Shown: positions 13,301 through 43,658 of the stretch, piece by piece
Layout of the letters: each line of letters opens with the position of its first letter
Position numbering within the stretch: position 1 is the stretch's first letter
DNA from: Amoebidium appalachense
Lineage: Eukaryota > Protista > Ichthyosporea
Assembly (NCBI GenBank): GCA_963693365.1
Contig: CAVNZM010000009.1
Span: forward strand, 8,723,408-8,787,407
Length of the DNA: 64,000 bases
Direction of reading: 5' to 3'
Notes under the pieces: model-generated
Database searches by the model: none
What the model saw: the letters and a program-made list of their open reading frames with translations, nothing else
Told to the model about the DNA's origin: nothing
Translations under genes and position numbers: made by a program

Positions 13301-13546
13301 CACGTGTGGTGCGGCAAGTACAATAATGCCTCGGTTTTTCGCGTAACCGGGGTGTGTGGATGTGTCGACCAATGTAGAGTTGAATTTGTGGTGGTTTTTA
13401 AACTGTGTTTCGCAAATCACTGTAAACGTGTGGTTGTTTGTCTGTTGTTGTATGTAGCTGATTTTATCGTCGAGTGTCCCGGGGGGGAGGCCCTTTTGGG
13501 GGCCCAGTGTCCGAGCATTCCAGAAGAAGAAGGATAAATTAGGCAT
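10349..13546 (-). CDS. LINE ORF2: APE endonuclease, reverse transcriptase and Cys/His C-terminal motif (about 1065 aa, with two compensating frameshifts)
   Basis: APE motifs: FWNART, ICETQ, ILGDFN, SDHSPI. RT motifs: KSCGPDGLP, FRPITL, QSAFRK, FIDWKTAYDSV (in the shifted frame), GLLQGSLLSPFLFNLFIDDL, YADD, YKYLGV. C-terminal CPNNTHTHQFNRSCIAKC. The frameshifts fall at a T7 run (11995-12001) and a C5 run (11856-11860). Confidence 0.93.
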
Positions 13547-13841
13547 CGGTTTGGTCCGACACCTGTGGGGTTGGTTCCCACTTGTCGCTTACGGGGTCGT
13601 ATGCACGACCTTCCGCCAGCGCGAACAGTTCGCAGAAGAGCTCGATTTCCATCTCGCATCGGCGTTTGCGCTCGAGCAGTTTCTCACCAGAAAACATTGG
13701 TTCCTTCGTGTCCGTGTCTATCACGCTCGTAGCATCGTGATACACGCGCACCTCCGCGATCTGTCTATATCTGCCAACATCTAAAGTAAAGCTACTTTTT
13801 GTATAGCGTTTCTCCCATGTTTCTCCTCGAAAACAAGCCAA
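13539..13841 (-). CDS. Putative LINE ORF1 (C-terminal part; start codon unresolved)
   Basis: A 100-codon non-repetitive frame whose stop (GAT GCC TAA) overlaps the ORF2 ATG by 8 nt. No recognisable domain. Confidence 0.45.
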   Translation of the reverse strand: MACFRGETWEKRYTKSSFTLDVGRYRQIAEVRVYHDATSVIDTDTKEPMFSGEKLLERKRRCEMEIELFCELFALAEGRAYDPVSDKWEPTPQVSDQTDA

Positions 13842-14541
13842 GCCCTACAAACAAGCAAACAATCTTACGTCAGATATTGTTAAAGGCTTTGCATCCAGCT
13901 AAACAGAAAACGACTTATTTAGTGTTTTCCCGAAAACACATTGTAGCCCTGGTCGACTTGAGATTCCCTTTGATCGGATCGCAAAACGCAATATTTAAAC
14001 CCATTTTTCTAATCGATCTTCATGATCAGTGCCCTAAAGATCGTTATTACAGCGCGGTCGAATACAGCACGCGCGCGCCAGCACTTTTTTGTCAGTGCTA
14101 TCGCCAATATTTCACGTAGCTATTATTTGGAAGCGGGGCCCCCTGGGGTCCCGTGTATACGTAACGCGTTGCCAGTAGAGCCCGAACTTGGTGCTGACGC
14201 TGCTGGCCGTTCCATTTGCTTTGAATATGCATATAATAGTTTACTATCTCCTGTTAAAAAAATAAAATTTTAATAAATAATTAGGCATATTGCCAATGAT
14301 GTAATCGTGTGTAAGCGGCCCCCCCCCTAGTAGTCCCAGTCCCACTAGTACTGGGCCAGACCGACACCGGGCCTGTAAGTTCCCCATAACCTTATTTAGC
14401 ATTTAAAAAGATTGACGATTAGTTACAGATCATGTAAGCCTATGGCCATGTTACGTCACCTGCCTTCTTTGCGTAAATCAAGAAAAGAGGGCCTGTTCAA
14501 CCGTTACAAAATCAACGAAGTGTACAGTGTTCAAGTGTACA

Positions 14542-14549
14542 TATATAAG
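14542..14549 (+). promoter_or_regulatory. Candidate TATA box for GPATCH1
   Basis: TATATAAG about 130 bp upstream of the ATG at 14675; a CRE-like TTACGTCA lies at 14451. Confidence 0.3.
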
Positions 14550-14674
14550 CAAGGGGGACGTTTGAGTTACCCGTAACAGCTTATGTTTTTTCTCGCAATT
14601 TTACATGAACAAAACTGCCAGTTCTCTGTGTATGTGAATTAGGTTCCGACATTACCCCCAAGCGCCAGGTCATC

Positions 14675-32268
<17,594 letters not shown>

Positions 32269-32600
32269 ACTGTGTGTTCGAATGTGGGTTTTTAACTTTT
32301 TCTTTCTTTTTTTTTTTGCTGTTTGTTTTTCCCTTGCCTTTTCTTTCCGCACCTTTATTTATATATTTATCTATTTATTTTGTCTGTTAGATAGTGGGCA
32401 GGATGGTGAAGACCCATAAGGATAATAGGTAGGCTGGTGCTCGAATGGTTTTCATAATTTTTTATTGTTGTTGTTTTGTTATTTTTATTTTTTATTTTTT
32501 TTATTTTTTGTTTTCCTCTCGGATCGTTGTTTCATTTTTGTATTGTGTACCGTGTGCGCTGGTTGTCTGAGAGTCGGCGGCTGGCGTGTTATTTTATTTT

Positions 32601-32631
<31 letters not shown>

Positions 32632-32759
32632 GGGTACTGCATGAATGAGACACAACGAAGTGACCAGGACTAGAAAGTGTATATATTGGTAGGGTCTTGG
32701 TCTGGTTGGTGGGTTGTTTTCGTATACCTATCTTAGTTTTCTTTTTCTTTTTTTTTTTT

Positions 32760-32824
<65 letters not shown>

Positions 32825-33311
32825 GGGAGGGGGGGGGAGGGGGGGGGGGGGGGGAGGGGAGGCGGGGAGGGGGGGGGGGGGAGGCGGGGAGGGGGGAGGA
32901 CTTTTTTCCTGGCTATGCGTTTCAGCTAGAGAATTAGTATGAAGAGTATGAAATCAAGCTTTCTAGATTTTATTATTGGTGTCGTTGCATGGTCTCTGTG
33001 TCGTGAACAGCAGCCAAAAACTGTCCAAATTTTAAATTAAAACCGGAAAACGTGGTTGCAAGTTTTGCAGGATCAGCCCGTCCGCTCTGGGAGTAACCCC
33101 CCCCCCCCCCCCCCCCCCCCCCCGTGCCGCCGCCCCCGCCCCCACCCACACACACACAAACACACAAATATAGATATTTCGAACGCGCACACACAAACAA
33201 ATAGCCTAATTTCTTACACGCGCGCGCGCACACACACACACACACACATACACACATAGTGCACATGCACACGCACACACAACGTACACGCACACGCGCG
33301 CGCGCGCACAC

Positions 33312-33369
<58 letters not shown>

Positions 33370-33916
33370 GCACACACGCGCGCACACACAGACGCAAACG
33401 CGCACACACAAACGCATGTGCGCGCATGAGACACACACACACACACACCTGTTCTAGCAGACTGTACGCTTATGGTGCACTGGGGTATGTACCACATGAA
33501 ACATGCACAAGGTTGTGTAAGTAGGTGGGGTGCAGTGGTATCGATACCTGCGCATGTGCACTTCCACCAGATGTTCATGATGTTGTGGGAGGGCAAGAGG
33601 CCTGGGAGAGGGGGGGACCGGGGAGCCGGGGCCGGTGAGGGGGGGGGGGGGGGGGGGGACGTTCTGTACCATGATGTAACCGCATGATGCTTACATCACC
33701 CGCATCAATTGGTAGAGTTATCAAAGAGTCACATTCATAATATATCATGTTACACCATATCTGTTACATAGCTACGGCTCTCCGGTTAGGTTGCAATAAT
33801 TGCTTCGAAATCCACATATCCTAGTACTTGAATTGAAAGAAAAAAGTTAGTACCGACTCGGGCTAATAATCAGGGGTAGGCCTAGATGTAGGCTTTATAT
33901 CATGAGTCATGTACAT

Positions 33917-34150
33917 AATAAAATAAAAATAATAAAAAATAATAAATAAATAATAAAAAAACGGGGAACCCCAACTAATTGATTTCTCTTTGTAGTCTTT
34001 ATGGTGTCTCGTAGAGAAAGGAAACCCTGATATATAGTCATCATCTATGTACGTGATCATGATATACCGCTGAGGGGATATTCCGAGCAAAAACCCCCCC
34101 ATACCTGAGACTGGTTTCTCTTTGCCTCGAGTAAACAGCGTAAACCCCCC
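33917..34150 (+). mobile_element. LINE 3'-UTR-only insertion with a 10-bp TSD
   Basis: Reverse complement of 10019-10240. TSD TCATGTACAT at 33907-33916 and 34151-34160. Ends GCGTAAACCCCCC. Confidence 0.93.
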
Positions 34151-34502
34151 TCATGTACATGCCATTGTACTTACATTGACTCTTGCTGCAAAAACCCTAT
34201 CAGAAAAAGTTAAAGAGCTAACCACACCGCCCAAACGACCTGACAGGTGTGGCATGTGAATGCATGTTTCGTGTTTGGTAAAGGTGAAAAGTGCAAAGGT
34301 GATTTTTTTCTATCACGACACTGACGTATACCCGTAAACTACGAAGCTGCCCCACATATAAGCGAAGGATTTGGAAGGGTGCAGCAAGTGTTGGAACCTA
34401 CGTTTCGCCCACATTAGTCGTCTTATTCTACCTGCAACTGGCGCCACAGTTTAGTTTAATAGTGATGTGCACCCTAAAATAAGTATATTAGCTAAACACA
34501 TC

Positions 34503-34696
34503 GGCGTGGCTGGGGTAGTAGCCCTGGGCAAAGTGTGTACTTATAGTCAGGTTGTGAAGGATGGTTTAGTTTAGCTGAACTCATTGATAGCACCTTAACT
34601 TGTGTACTGTCGGTGTTGTGTGGTAGACGGTAGTTTCCCTAGAGCTGGGCCTGAAAAGGCCCTCCGGGAACAAAACGTGATAAAAAAAAAAAAAAA
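34503..34696 (+). mobile_element. ~195-nt structured poly(A) retroposon (SINE-like), copy 1
   Basis: Has an A15 tail and TSD GCTAAACACATC (34491-34502 / 34697-34708); homologous to 57582-57790. Confidence 0.88.
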
Positions 34697-34829
34697 GCTA
34701 AACACATCTACTCAACGTTTTGTAATCCTTTGTTGTTGTTTTCTGTTTTTTTCGTAGGGAATCCAATACCTTATTGCACAGGTTTAAAATAATAGCTCAA
34801 CCACACACACACACACACACACACACACC

Positions 34830-35885
34830 ATGGCCACATACACCATCCACATGCCCGACTGGACCCTTCCCTCCCCGTGGCCTACCACCGACCATCCGGT
34901 AGACTTCTGGCGTTCTGATGCCCCCCAAGTCACTCTTCTCGTCGGAGAAAAACCGAAAAATAAAACAAACCCTAAGAATAATGCGGATTCCGGGGCGGGT
35001 GTTGAAGAGAATTCGAACCAAAATGCAACAGAAAAACACGAAGAAGAAAAATACGACAGCATTATTGTACCCCGGGAATATCTGTGCGCCATTTCACCCG
35101 TTTTTGCTGCCATGCTAGGGGACTCATTGAGTGGCGAAAACACTACAGGCATGTCGTATGTGGAGGCACAGAAAGGAGAAATACGGGTACCAAATTTCGA
35201 AATTACGGACGTGCTTTCAATTCTTCAAGTCGCTGCCGTTCTCTTTACGTATGATTGGCGCCCGGGATATCAACGTGGGAGGCGAGTGTTGATTCCCTCT
35301 TCCACAACTTTGCAAGATGAAATGACACAGGTTTCGCATTTTGAAGAGGATATGGGTGGTGGTCCGGCAAAGGTGTGGCTCGAACACAAAGCACATACAA
35401 CACTCAGAGCAGGGATAGAAGGGCCGGATATGCACGATGCGGAGTTTGTGCGGATGATTGATATTGCGGCTTACTACCAGACGGAAAAGGTGTTGAAATG
35501 GTTGGGGGAGAGGGTTGCATGTTGCACTGAACCAAATCTGATGTGAAAGCGTGGAGGATATGGCTATATCATGAGCGAAAAAGAAAACGAGATAAGTGCT
35601 AATATGTGGGACACAGACGCATGTGTTTATGTTTATGCTGCGTTCGCCCGTGCTGAATATGAAGTGAGGTGGGATAGATGGATGCTTCAGTGTGTACTGC
35701 GGAGACTCACATACAACGAGGAAAATGGGCTCGGTTTACACGACAATTACTTTTATAGCAGCAGCAACAAAAAGCCCCGTACGATCAACGAGAGACATGA
35801 GAGATTGCTTCTTTCACTGCCCCAAAAGAGTCTCCTGCACCTGTGGAATGGCGCTTTGCATGGCAGCGAGATTAGAGACTTCTAG
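34830..35885 (+). pseudogene. BTB/POZ-like family member 1 (short subfamily), with one in-frame TGA at 35544-35546
   Basis: Motifs PREYLCAISPVFAAML and MIDIAAYYQTEKVLKWL. ORFs 34830-35546 and 35571-35885 share a frame, and the TGA aligns with a Trp of paralogue 2. Confidence 0.75.
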
Positions 35886-35930
35886 CCCCCCCCCCCCCCC
35901 CCCCTCCCCCCCCCCCCCCCCCCTCCCCCC

Positions 35931-35961
<31 letters not shown>

Positions 35962-36852
35962 AAAAAGAAAAAAATAAAAAAAAAGTAAAAAAAAGCCTCG
36001 TTTTCCCCTCTCAGCTTCTTTTTTTCTTTTTCTTTTTCCTTTTCTTTTTCTTTCTTTCTTTTCTTTTCTTTTCTTTTCTTTTTTTTCCCATCAACCCCTC
36101 GTGTGTATTTCGAATATTCCATGTCTTTTATTGCCATTTTTGAGCACCGCCATATATGGTATCTTTTGCGACTGGCTGGCCAGTCCTATTGCAAAATGCT
36201 TATTCATGCATAGCAAGCGCCGGGGAATAGTCAAACACACTGCAAAAGTAGAGGCTAATTCATTTAGTATACTATTTTTTTTTTCTTGATGGGGGAGGGG
36301 AGGGGGGGGGGGGGGGGGGGGGGGAAGGGAAAAAGGGGGGGAGGAAAGGGCCCAAAACAGAGCATCATCATCATTAATTCATTTCTTATCGGTTTTATTT
36401 CATTTTTATTTTTTATTTTACTAAAGGGTTTGGAGGCCCCGTCTTTCATGTTTTCTTCGATATCCAGGTCTCTGCGAGAGTGTTGAGTTGGGTTTTAGGG
36501 TGCGGAAGGAGGGGAAGGAGGAGAAGGGGCGGGGGGGAACGGGGGGGGAGGGGACGGGAGGGGGAGGAGGACAGGATATTGGTTTACCAAAATATTTGTG
36601 TACCTGAGTTCAAATGTGTACTAGTACTGACTTGTCATAGCTAGATAAAGACATTTGACAGTGTGCAGACTTTAAGCATCATATCTGTAAAGGGACTTCA
36701 CTTTGTGTGTGTTGGGCCACTTGCACAGAATAAAGGAGTTAGGCAGGCCTTCTTCCAACGTCCCAAGCACACTAAAGACACCAGTTTATGAATAAAACTT
36801 GAGTCGTCTGGAATGGGCTTTATGTAGAAAAAAAAAATGAATGGTATTTCGT

Positions 36853-37196
36853 CCGGTTGCCATTGCTGTGTATAGCACCGGATGGTGTTTCCTCTTTGTT
36901 ATTTTTTTTTTTTCGTGTTTGCTTTTTTACCGTCGAAAATCAAACCTGTTAGAGTCAAAAGCTAAAATCCTCGTCCTAAACCCACATTTCTCGAGTGCCA
37001 CTGGGTAAAAGTAGCAATTAATAATAAGATAGTGACCTACCGGGTTGCCGTTGCTGTGTATAGAACCGGATGGTGTTTCCTCTTTTGTTTCTTTTTTTTT
37101 CGTGTTTGCTTTTTTACCGTCGAATATCGAACCTAAAGCTAAAAGCCTCGTCCTAAACCACATTTCTCGAGTGCCACTGGGTAAAAGTAGCAATTA
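36853..37196. repeat. Direct duplication (~165-bp unit)
   Basis: GTTGCC.TTGCTGTGTATAG.ACCGGATGG...GGGTAAAAGTAGCAATTA occurs at 36853-37020 and 37040-37196. Confidence 0.9.
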
Positions 37197-38081
37197 CAAG
37201 CATACAACTTAGTAAACCCATTGACCGTGATGGTATATATATTTTTTTTTCTTTGCCTCTCCGGTGGTGATGATGGTGTCCATTGTGTTTTGGCAAGTTG
37301 CAGCGCCTTCAACTTGATTCTATTCGTCCTGTAGGTTTCTTTTTGGTTTTGGTACTTATGCTGCATAAAATTCCGTAAAAAAGTACATGTATAAAGTTTT
37401 CTCTTGCTACGACCAATGACTTTCCTTGTTAAGTGGACCCCCCGAGTGCACAAAAGCATGCAGTATTGAGGGCAACGGGCGGGCAGGGGGGGGGGGGGGG
37501 GGGGGGTTGTTCCTGTGTCGATATGGTAGTGGGATGAGTGTGTGTGTGTGTATGCCATGTGTGTGTGTGTGTGGGCGGGTGGGGGGGGGGGGGGGGGAAG
37601 GGGGGGAGGGGGGGGGAGGGGTAAAACGAGGGGTGGATATTTCAGGGATTGTTCCGGGAAAGGGGGGGATGGGGTGGGGTGGGGTGGGGTGGGGGGAGGA
37701 TACAGCGGGTATTTCGTGTAGGGACTGTAATACTATTGAATGTGTGTGGTAATTGTTTTGGGATGGGCTGGGGGGGAGGGGGGGAGGGGGGGGGGGGGGG
37801 CGGGAGGAGGGGGGATGGGCATTGAGGGGACTTAATAAAGTGTGCCAGTGCTTGTGTGCCTGTATGTCTACAGGTGCTTGCACAGGCTCTGACCATATTT
37901 TATATCTTCTCTTTCAACTTCTCTTTTCTTTTTTCTTTCTTAAGATGGGGGGGGGGGGGGGGGGGGGGGAGACAGGCTGGTTGTGTGTGTGTAGGTGTGT
38001 TCACATGTGTGCATGTGCGACTGCCCCAGCGTGTTCGTTTGCGTGGGTGGGTGGGCTGGTGGTGGTGGTGGCTAGGTCGGG

Positions 38082-38112
<31 letters not shown>

Positions 38113-38179
38113 AGAGGGAGGCAGGCAGGTTGTGTGTGCGTGTGTGTGTGCGTGTGTGTGCGTGTGTGTGCATGCGCGC

Positions 38180-38256
<77 letters not shown>

Positions 38257-38261
38257 TTTTT

Positions 38262-38307
<46 letters not shown>

Positions 38308-38832
38308 CGTGTGTGCGTGCGTGCGTGCGTGCGTGCGTGCGGGTGTGCGACTGTGCGTGTGTGCGTGCGTGCGCGCCGTGGCGTGTGGGTGGGTGGGTGG
38401 ACCCGTGTTGGTGGTGGTAGGGAGATGGTGGAGGTGGGGAGGGGGGGTTGAGGGGAGGGGAGAGGGGGGGAAGGGGGGGGGGGGAGGGGGGAAGGGAGAG
38501 GGGGCAGGAAGGAACCATCCCGGTCGTTCCCCATTGGCAATGGCACAATCAGCGGGGGGGAAGGGGGGGGGGGGGGAGCCCAAAAAATGTACGTTAACGG
38601 TGGGGCTTTGCACACGGGGGATATTAACTCCTTGACCGGCTAATGGGCAGGCAAGCACTCGCGTGCCTGTGGCTATATAAGTGCATTAAATTGTAATAGT
38701 TTAGCTAGAGGCTCAGAATCAGAGCCCCCCCCCCCCCCCCCCCTTTGGATCCAAACCAACCAACCAAAAAAAAGCCCCCCTCCTCCCCCCCCCCCCCCTC
38801 CCCTTCCCCTCCCCCTTTTTCCCGCTGGGGTT

Positions 38833-38866
<34 letters not shown>

Positions 38867-39369
38867 CAGGATGGGACAGCAAAGTAGGCTTGAGTATGCA
38901 AGTGTTGTTTCAATGACAGTATTAATAGCAATTTGGTGTGGTATGACGGAAATAAGTATAATATTATTGCAAGAACAGTTGGATGTTTGGGTGCTTCAAC
39001 AGTGCTGCTTTTCGATATTAAAAGGCAAATATTATAAATGTGCTATATGGTCCAAAGCTAATAGTAGCACGTCCCTACGCTACTATCAAATAGTTGGTTA
39101 AGTGCAACTTTTTTGAAAGAAAAATAAAACTCTATTTTCCTATGATGCATGTGCAAACCGTGACCATGACGACTTGTCTAAAAAATTTGACATATGGACA
39201 AAGTGGCATGGTGTAATATAGTAGCGACGGTTTTATTCGAGCCTGTGCTACTTAAGCAGCATACATAAGTAAGCACAATATAGGGTTTCAGCCGGAGGTA
39301 AACCCGTTTGAATATCAAAAATACACAAACCTGTGATGTATGTATGTGTTGGGGGGGGAGGTAGGGGGG

Positions 39370-39454
<85 letters not shown>

Positions 39455-39678
39455 GGGGGGGGGTGGCCGTAGTGATTAGGTGTTCTAATCAGTCGCTTCC
39501 TCCTGCTACCAGAATGTCAGAACAGGAGCCTGGAAAAGCTATATTGTACATGTACATCTATAATAAACATACTGTATGGGAATAAATAAGCCATACGAAT
39601 TGAGCCATACGAATTGCATAAGTTATCACCACTTCTGCAATTGGAATAGATGTCCCAAACAAGGTAATATTTGCAAAC

Positions 39679-40767
39679 TTAGAGCCTGGACACACAGGCC
39701 GCCAGACTATTCCACATCTGCACCTGATACTTATCCGGGAGGGAGAACAACAGGTCTCTGTGTTCTTCTCTCAACTTCGGCACACGTGATTCACTCTTCG
39801 TTCCCGGTGACCCTTTTTCCACCGCCACCAGCCGCCATACCACACACTGAAGCATCCATTCCGCCCACTGAACGTCGATCTCTGCTCGGCAGAATGTGGC
39901 ATACAAATGCAAACATGCATCTGTATCCCATAATTCGAGATGTTTCGTATTCTCACTTGGAGTCTTGTAGGGACCCACGGTTTTTGTCTTCCACCTGAAA
40001 GTAGGTTCTTTCCAATTTTCAACCCTCGCCACCAGCCAACGAATCACTTGTTCTGCTTGGTAGTACGAGGCGATTCCTATCATACGCAAAATGGCTGGGT
40101 CGTGGAGGGGTGGGCTGTTTATCTCCGCTTTAGTTACGGTGAATGTTTTTTGTTCTAGGGAAACTTCGACAAACCCACCACCAATGGTTTCGTTCACTTG
40201 TTTGAGTTGCCGGGTTTTGTTGTACAGTGTCTTGTTTATGTCTTCTGGTTCTTTGTCGTAGCGTGAGCCCTTGTTGTATGTGTTAAGCAGAGTCTTGTTC
40301 CGTCCATAAGTATTCAAAACCGCCGCGACGTGAAGAAACGATAACATGTCCGTTTTTTCGAAGAACGATCTAACCTCTCCTTTCTCGGCCTCTATGTAAA
40401 CGTTGGGTGTGGTGTGGGTGCTTTCTCCCAGTGGGCTACTGAGTTTCTCACAGAGCATGGACGAAAAAACGGGGGATATAGCACATAGAAACTCCTTCGG
40501 GGCAATGATGGTGTGATATGTTTCTCCACCCTTCGTCTCCGAGTCGCCGTTTGTGTGATGAACGCCGGGTGCACCTGCATCTGCAATGCTCTGTTTTCTC
40601 TGTGTTTCTGTTTCGCTTGTTGTTCCTTTTGCCTCGTTTTCACTTTTGCAGAGAAGTGTCACCATGGGGGCATCCTTGCGCCAAAAGTCTGGTCCACGTG
40701 GCTGTTCGGTTTTTGACCATGGTGTGGGAAGAGCCCAGTCTGGCATGTGGATAGTGTGTGTGGTCAT
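39679..40767 (-). CDS. BTB/POZ-like family member 2 (short subfamily, intact, 362 aa)
   Basis: IIAPKEFLCAISPVFSSML resembles the BTB 'xHKxxLxxxSPVFxxM' motif. MIGIASYYQAEQVIRWL resembles the BTB C-terminal helix. WDTDACLHLYA is shared with all paralogues. Confidence 0.8.
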   Translation of the reverse strand: MTTHTIHMPDWALPTPWSKTEQPRGPDFWRKDAPMVTLLCKSENEAKGTTSETETQRKQSIADAGAPGVHHTNGDSETKGGETYHTIIAPKEFLCAISPVFSSMLCEKLSSPLGESTHTTPNVYIEAEKGEVRSFFEKTDMLSFLHVAAVLNTYGRNKTLLNTYNKGSRYDKEPEDINKTLYNKTRQLKQVNETIGGGFVEVSLEQKTFTVTKAEINSPPLHDPAILRMIGIASYYQAEQVIRWLVARVENWKEPTFRWKTKTVGPYKTPSENTKHLELWDTDACLHLYATFCRAEIDVQWAEWMLQCVVWRLVAVEKGSPGTKSESRVPKLREEHRDLLFSLPDKYQVQMWNSLAACVSRL

Positions 40768-41651
40768 GTTGGTTAGGAAAGTTCTTTATATTTATACCGA
40801 TTTTGATGTTGAAAGTATCAGTTGCTAGCAGCAGTGTTCCTGTTGTATAAAAAAATTATCTAGAGACTAGCCAGTAGCTTCTTGTTATGTTGTGCAATAA
40901 ACCTCGAGTACTTAATTTTCAAATGCAGCTGGGCAATAATAATAAATAAAGAGTTGGAATTGTTATAAGCTCATGCAATGTGATCCGTTGTGTGCAAAAT
41001 CTTCAGTGTGTGAGCAGACGCGCATGCATAATACGCGCATGCATCATGCGCGTATTAATGCATGCGCGTATTACATATGCGTACTCATCATCCCCAAAAG
41101 CCGCAGCTGCCTAGGCCAGCGTGCCAAAAAAAAAGACACGAGCATGTACATATGCCCCGACACCGCGTGTACAATCCAAACGGTTTGTGGGGACCCAAAA
41201 TCATTTTCAACGAAGAACTTGCCATCACTTTGCGGTTATGTACTATATATAGTACTGTGGAAATACAGTGTCTATGAGAGAAATTAAGCCAAAATCAGAT
41301 ATTATTTCGCCGGCATTATGATTTATTAGTCTTCCGGGTTCAGAATTGAAATGGCAGCCTTGTTGTCAGTAAATATATACGTAAACTGAGTGCCTTTTTT
41401 TTGATTAAAAAAAAGGGCAGGCAGCACGCGTACCAATAATCTACAGTCAAAACATGCAGAATGCCCCCCAAAACATGGGAATTCGACTGAATAAACGATG
41501 TTTGTGTGGTGTTAGCCGGCAGGTCACATGTCAGCTGCAGGATGTGATGTGACACGTACAGTACAAGGAGGTCTAAGCGCCGGCTGTCGCCGGCGCCTAA
41601 AACGAGTCAAAGTGGATGAGTATGGCAACGATGGACACTCATACAAACCAC

Positions 41652-41752
<101 letters not shown>

Positions 41753-41858
41753 CACATGTACACGCGTACGTACGATGCACCCCCGGGTACGGCATGTATT
41801 CACACGAACAAAGTTCCACACACACTTTGTTTCAGACACACACACACAACACACGCAC

Positions 41859-41945
<87 letters not shown>

Positions 41946-41952
41946 GCACGCA

Positions 41953-42020
<68 letters not shown>

Positions 42021-43129
42021 AACTGTCCATCCTCGTCACATGCATAGTTGGATATATTTACTTGATGCGTCAAAAGGTGTTCATTGGTTGATATATTTAC
42101 TTATGGCGTCCAATTCTCCAAGTTCATTCGTCGTACGTACTATCGAAAGGAGGCGAAATCGGCATCGGGCACGTTGTGATTTTTATCATAGCATTTATCG
42201 AAAAGTAAAAAAATGGATTTTTTACGATGTTTTATTATTTTTGCTAGACCAATAGTCATACCCGAGCGCCATGGCATGTAGCCGAGAACGGTCCTTTTTG
42301 ACTCAGGGTTGCATTAGTTCATACCCTGACACCTACAGCCACACGTAGCGGCTGCTTACCTCCCTTTTTGCCCTCTAATACTTTGTTCTGAATCAATTTT
42401 AGACTTAAACTTTTTATATTTTTTGACACAAACACCTCCACACGTTAATATTCTTCTATGCTGCTTGGTTTTATGCGCGTTTCGGCTTTTGATTTCGCTA
42501 TGCAAATCTCCGCGGGTTGCATAGTCAGTGATTAGTCACTGGGCCAGATTACGGGAAGGTCAAACGGTCGTTATAATATTAGTTAATGTATATGAGTGTC
42601 ATATGCTCATGATTATTTGGTCGACAACAATAAATATTAAACAAATGGTAAGCCAACTACATAGAACACGTGCTTCAAACCACCGGCAAGCTGCGTGAGT
42701 GTTTGTAGAGAAGACATTTGGTGTCGTGGCAGGGGCTTGGGCATGGATCATTATGATGTATGTGCACCGAGCATCGAGGCGCCACGTGCGTACTCGTTAC
42801 AACTGCATGATCTAGATTTTTAATCTATTCAATTTTATTTGTCGTCTTGGTTGGTGGAGAGCGCATAACAGATCTACTAATCAAAATTGAAAATAGGTTG
42901 AATAGATCGGCTCGAGCAATTCGAACTGTGTAGTACACAACTGAATGCGTCGCACCGGACCACGGGCGTTCCTGAATCTGGTCATCCATGACATTACTGT
43001 AGTGCTATCATCCAACGTTCCATTTGTTAAGCTTTTCCATGGCATATTAAACAATACACACACGCGCGCACACGCACACCCGCACACGCACACACACAGA
43101 CACGCACACACGCACACACACACAAGCAC

Positions 43130-43224
<95 letters not shown>

Positions 43225-43267
43225 ACACGCACACACACACAAACACACACAAAGACACACACACACA

Positions 43268-43434
<167 letters not shown>

Positions 43435-43572
43435 ACACACAACACACACGCACACACACGCACACACACGCACACACACACACACACACACAAATACATA
43501 CACACAGACGTACATACACACACACACGTGTAAACACACACACACACATACACACACACGCACACGCACTCG

Positions 43573-43658
<86 letters not shown>

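Larger units (their letters stand above)
10019..14230 (-). mobile_element. Near full-length non-LTR retrotransposon (APE endonuclease + RT); 5' boundary uncertain (between about 13841 and 14230)
   Basis: Contains ORF2 with APE and RT motifs and an upstream ORF whose stop overlaps the ORF2 start. The 3' UTR has (CA)n, an internal A-tract and the terminus GCGTAAACCCCC. A possible imperfect TSD is ATATGATAG (10011-10019) / ATATAATAG (14231-14239). Confidence 0.88.

Noticed and set aside
13842-14230. Upstream extension of LINE ORF1 with 5 in-frame stops, suggesting RIP-like C>T damage, tiny introns or stop recoding
   Set aside because: Five stops in about 130 codons is close to random expectation. 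ORF2 shows no such damage, and TAG/TAA end other genes here normally.
34503-34545. HDV-like ribozyme or LSU rRNA fragment at the retroposon 5' end (TGGCTGGGG, CCCTGGGCAAA)
   Set aside because: The P1/P3/P1.1 topology could not be built, and the rRNA similarity is limited to about 9 nt.
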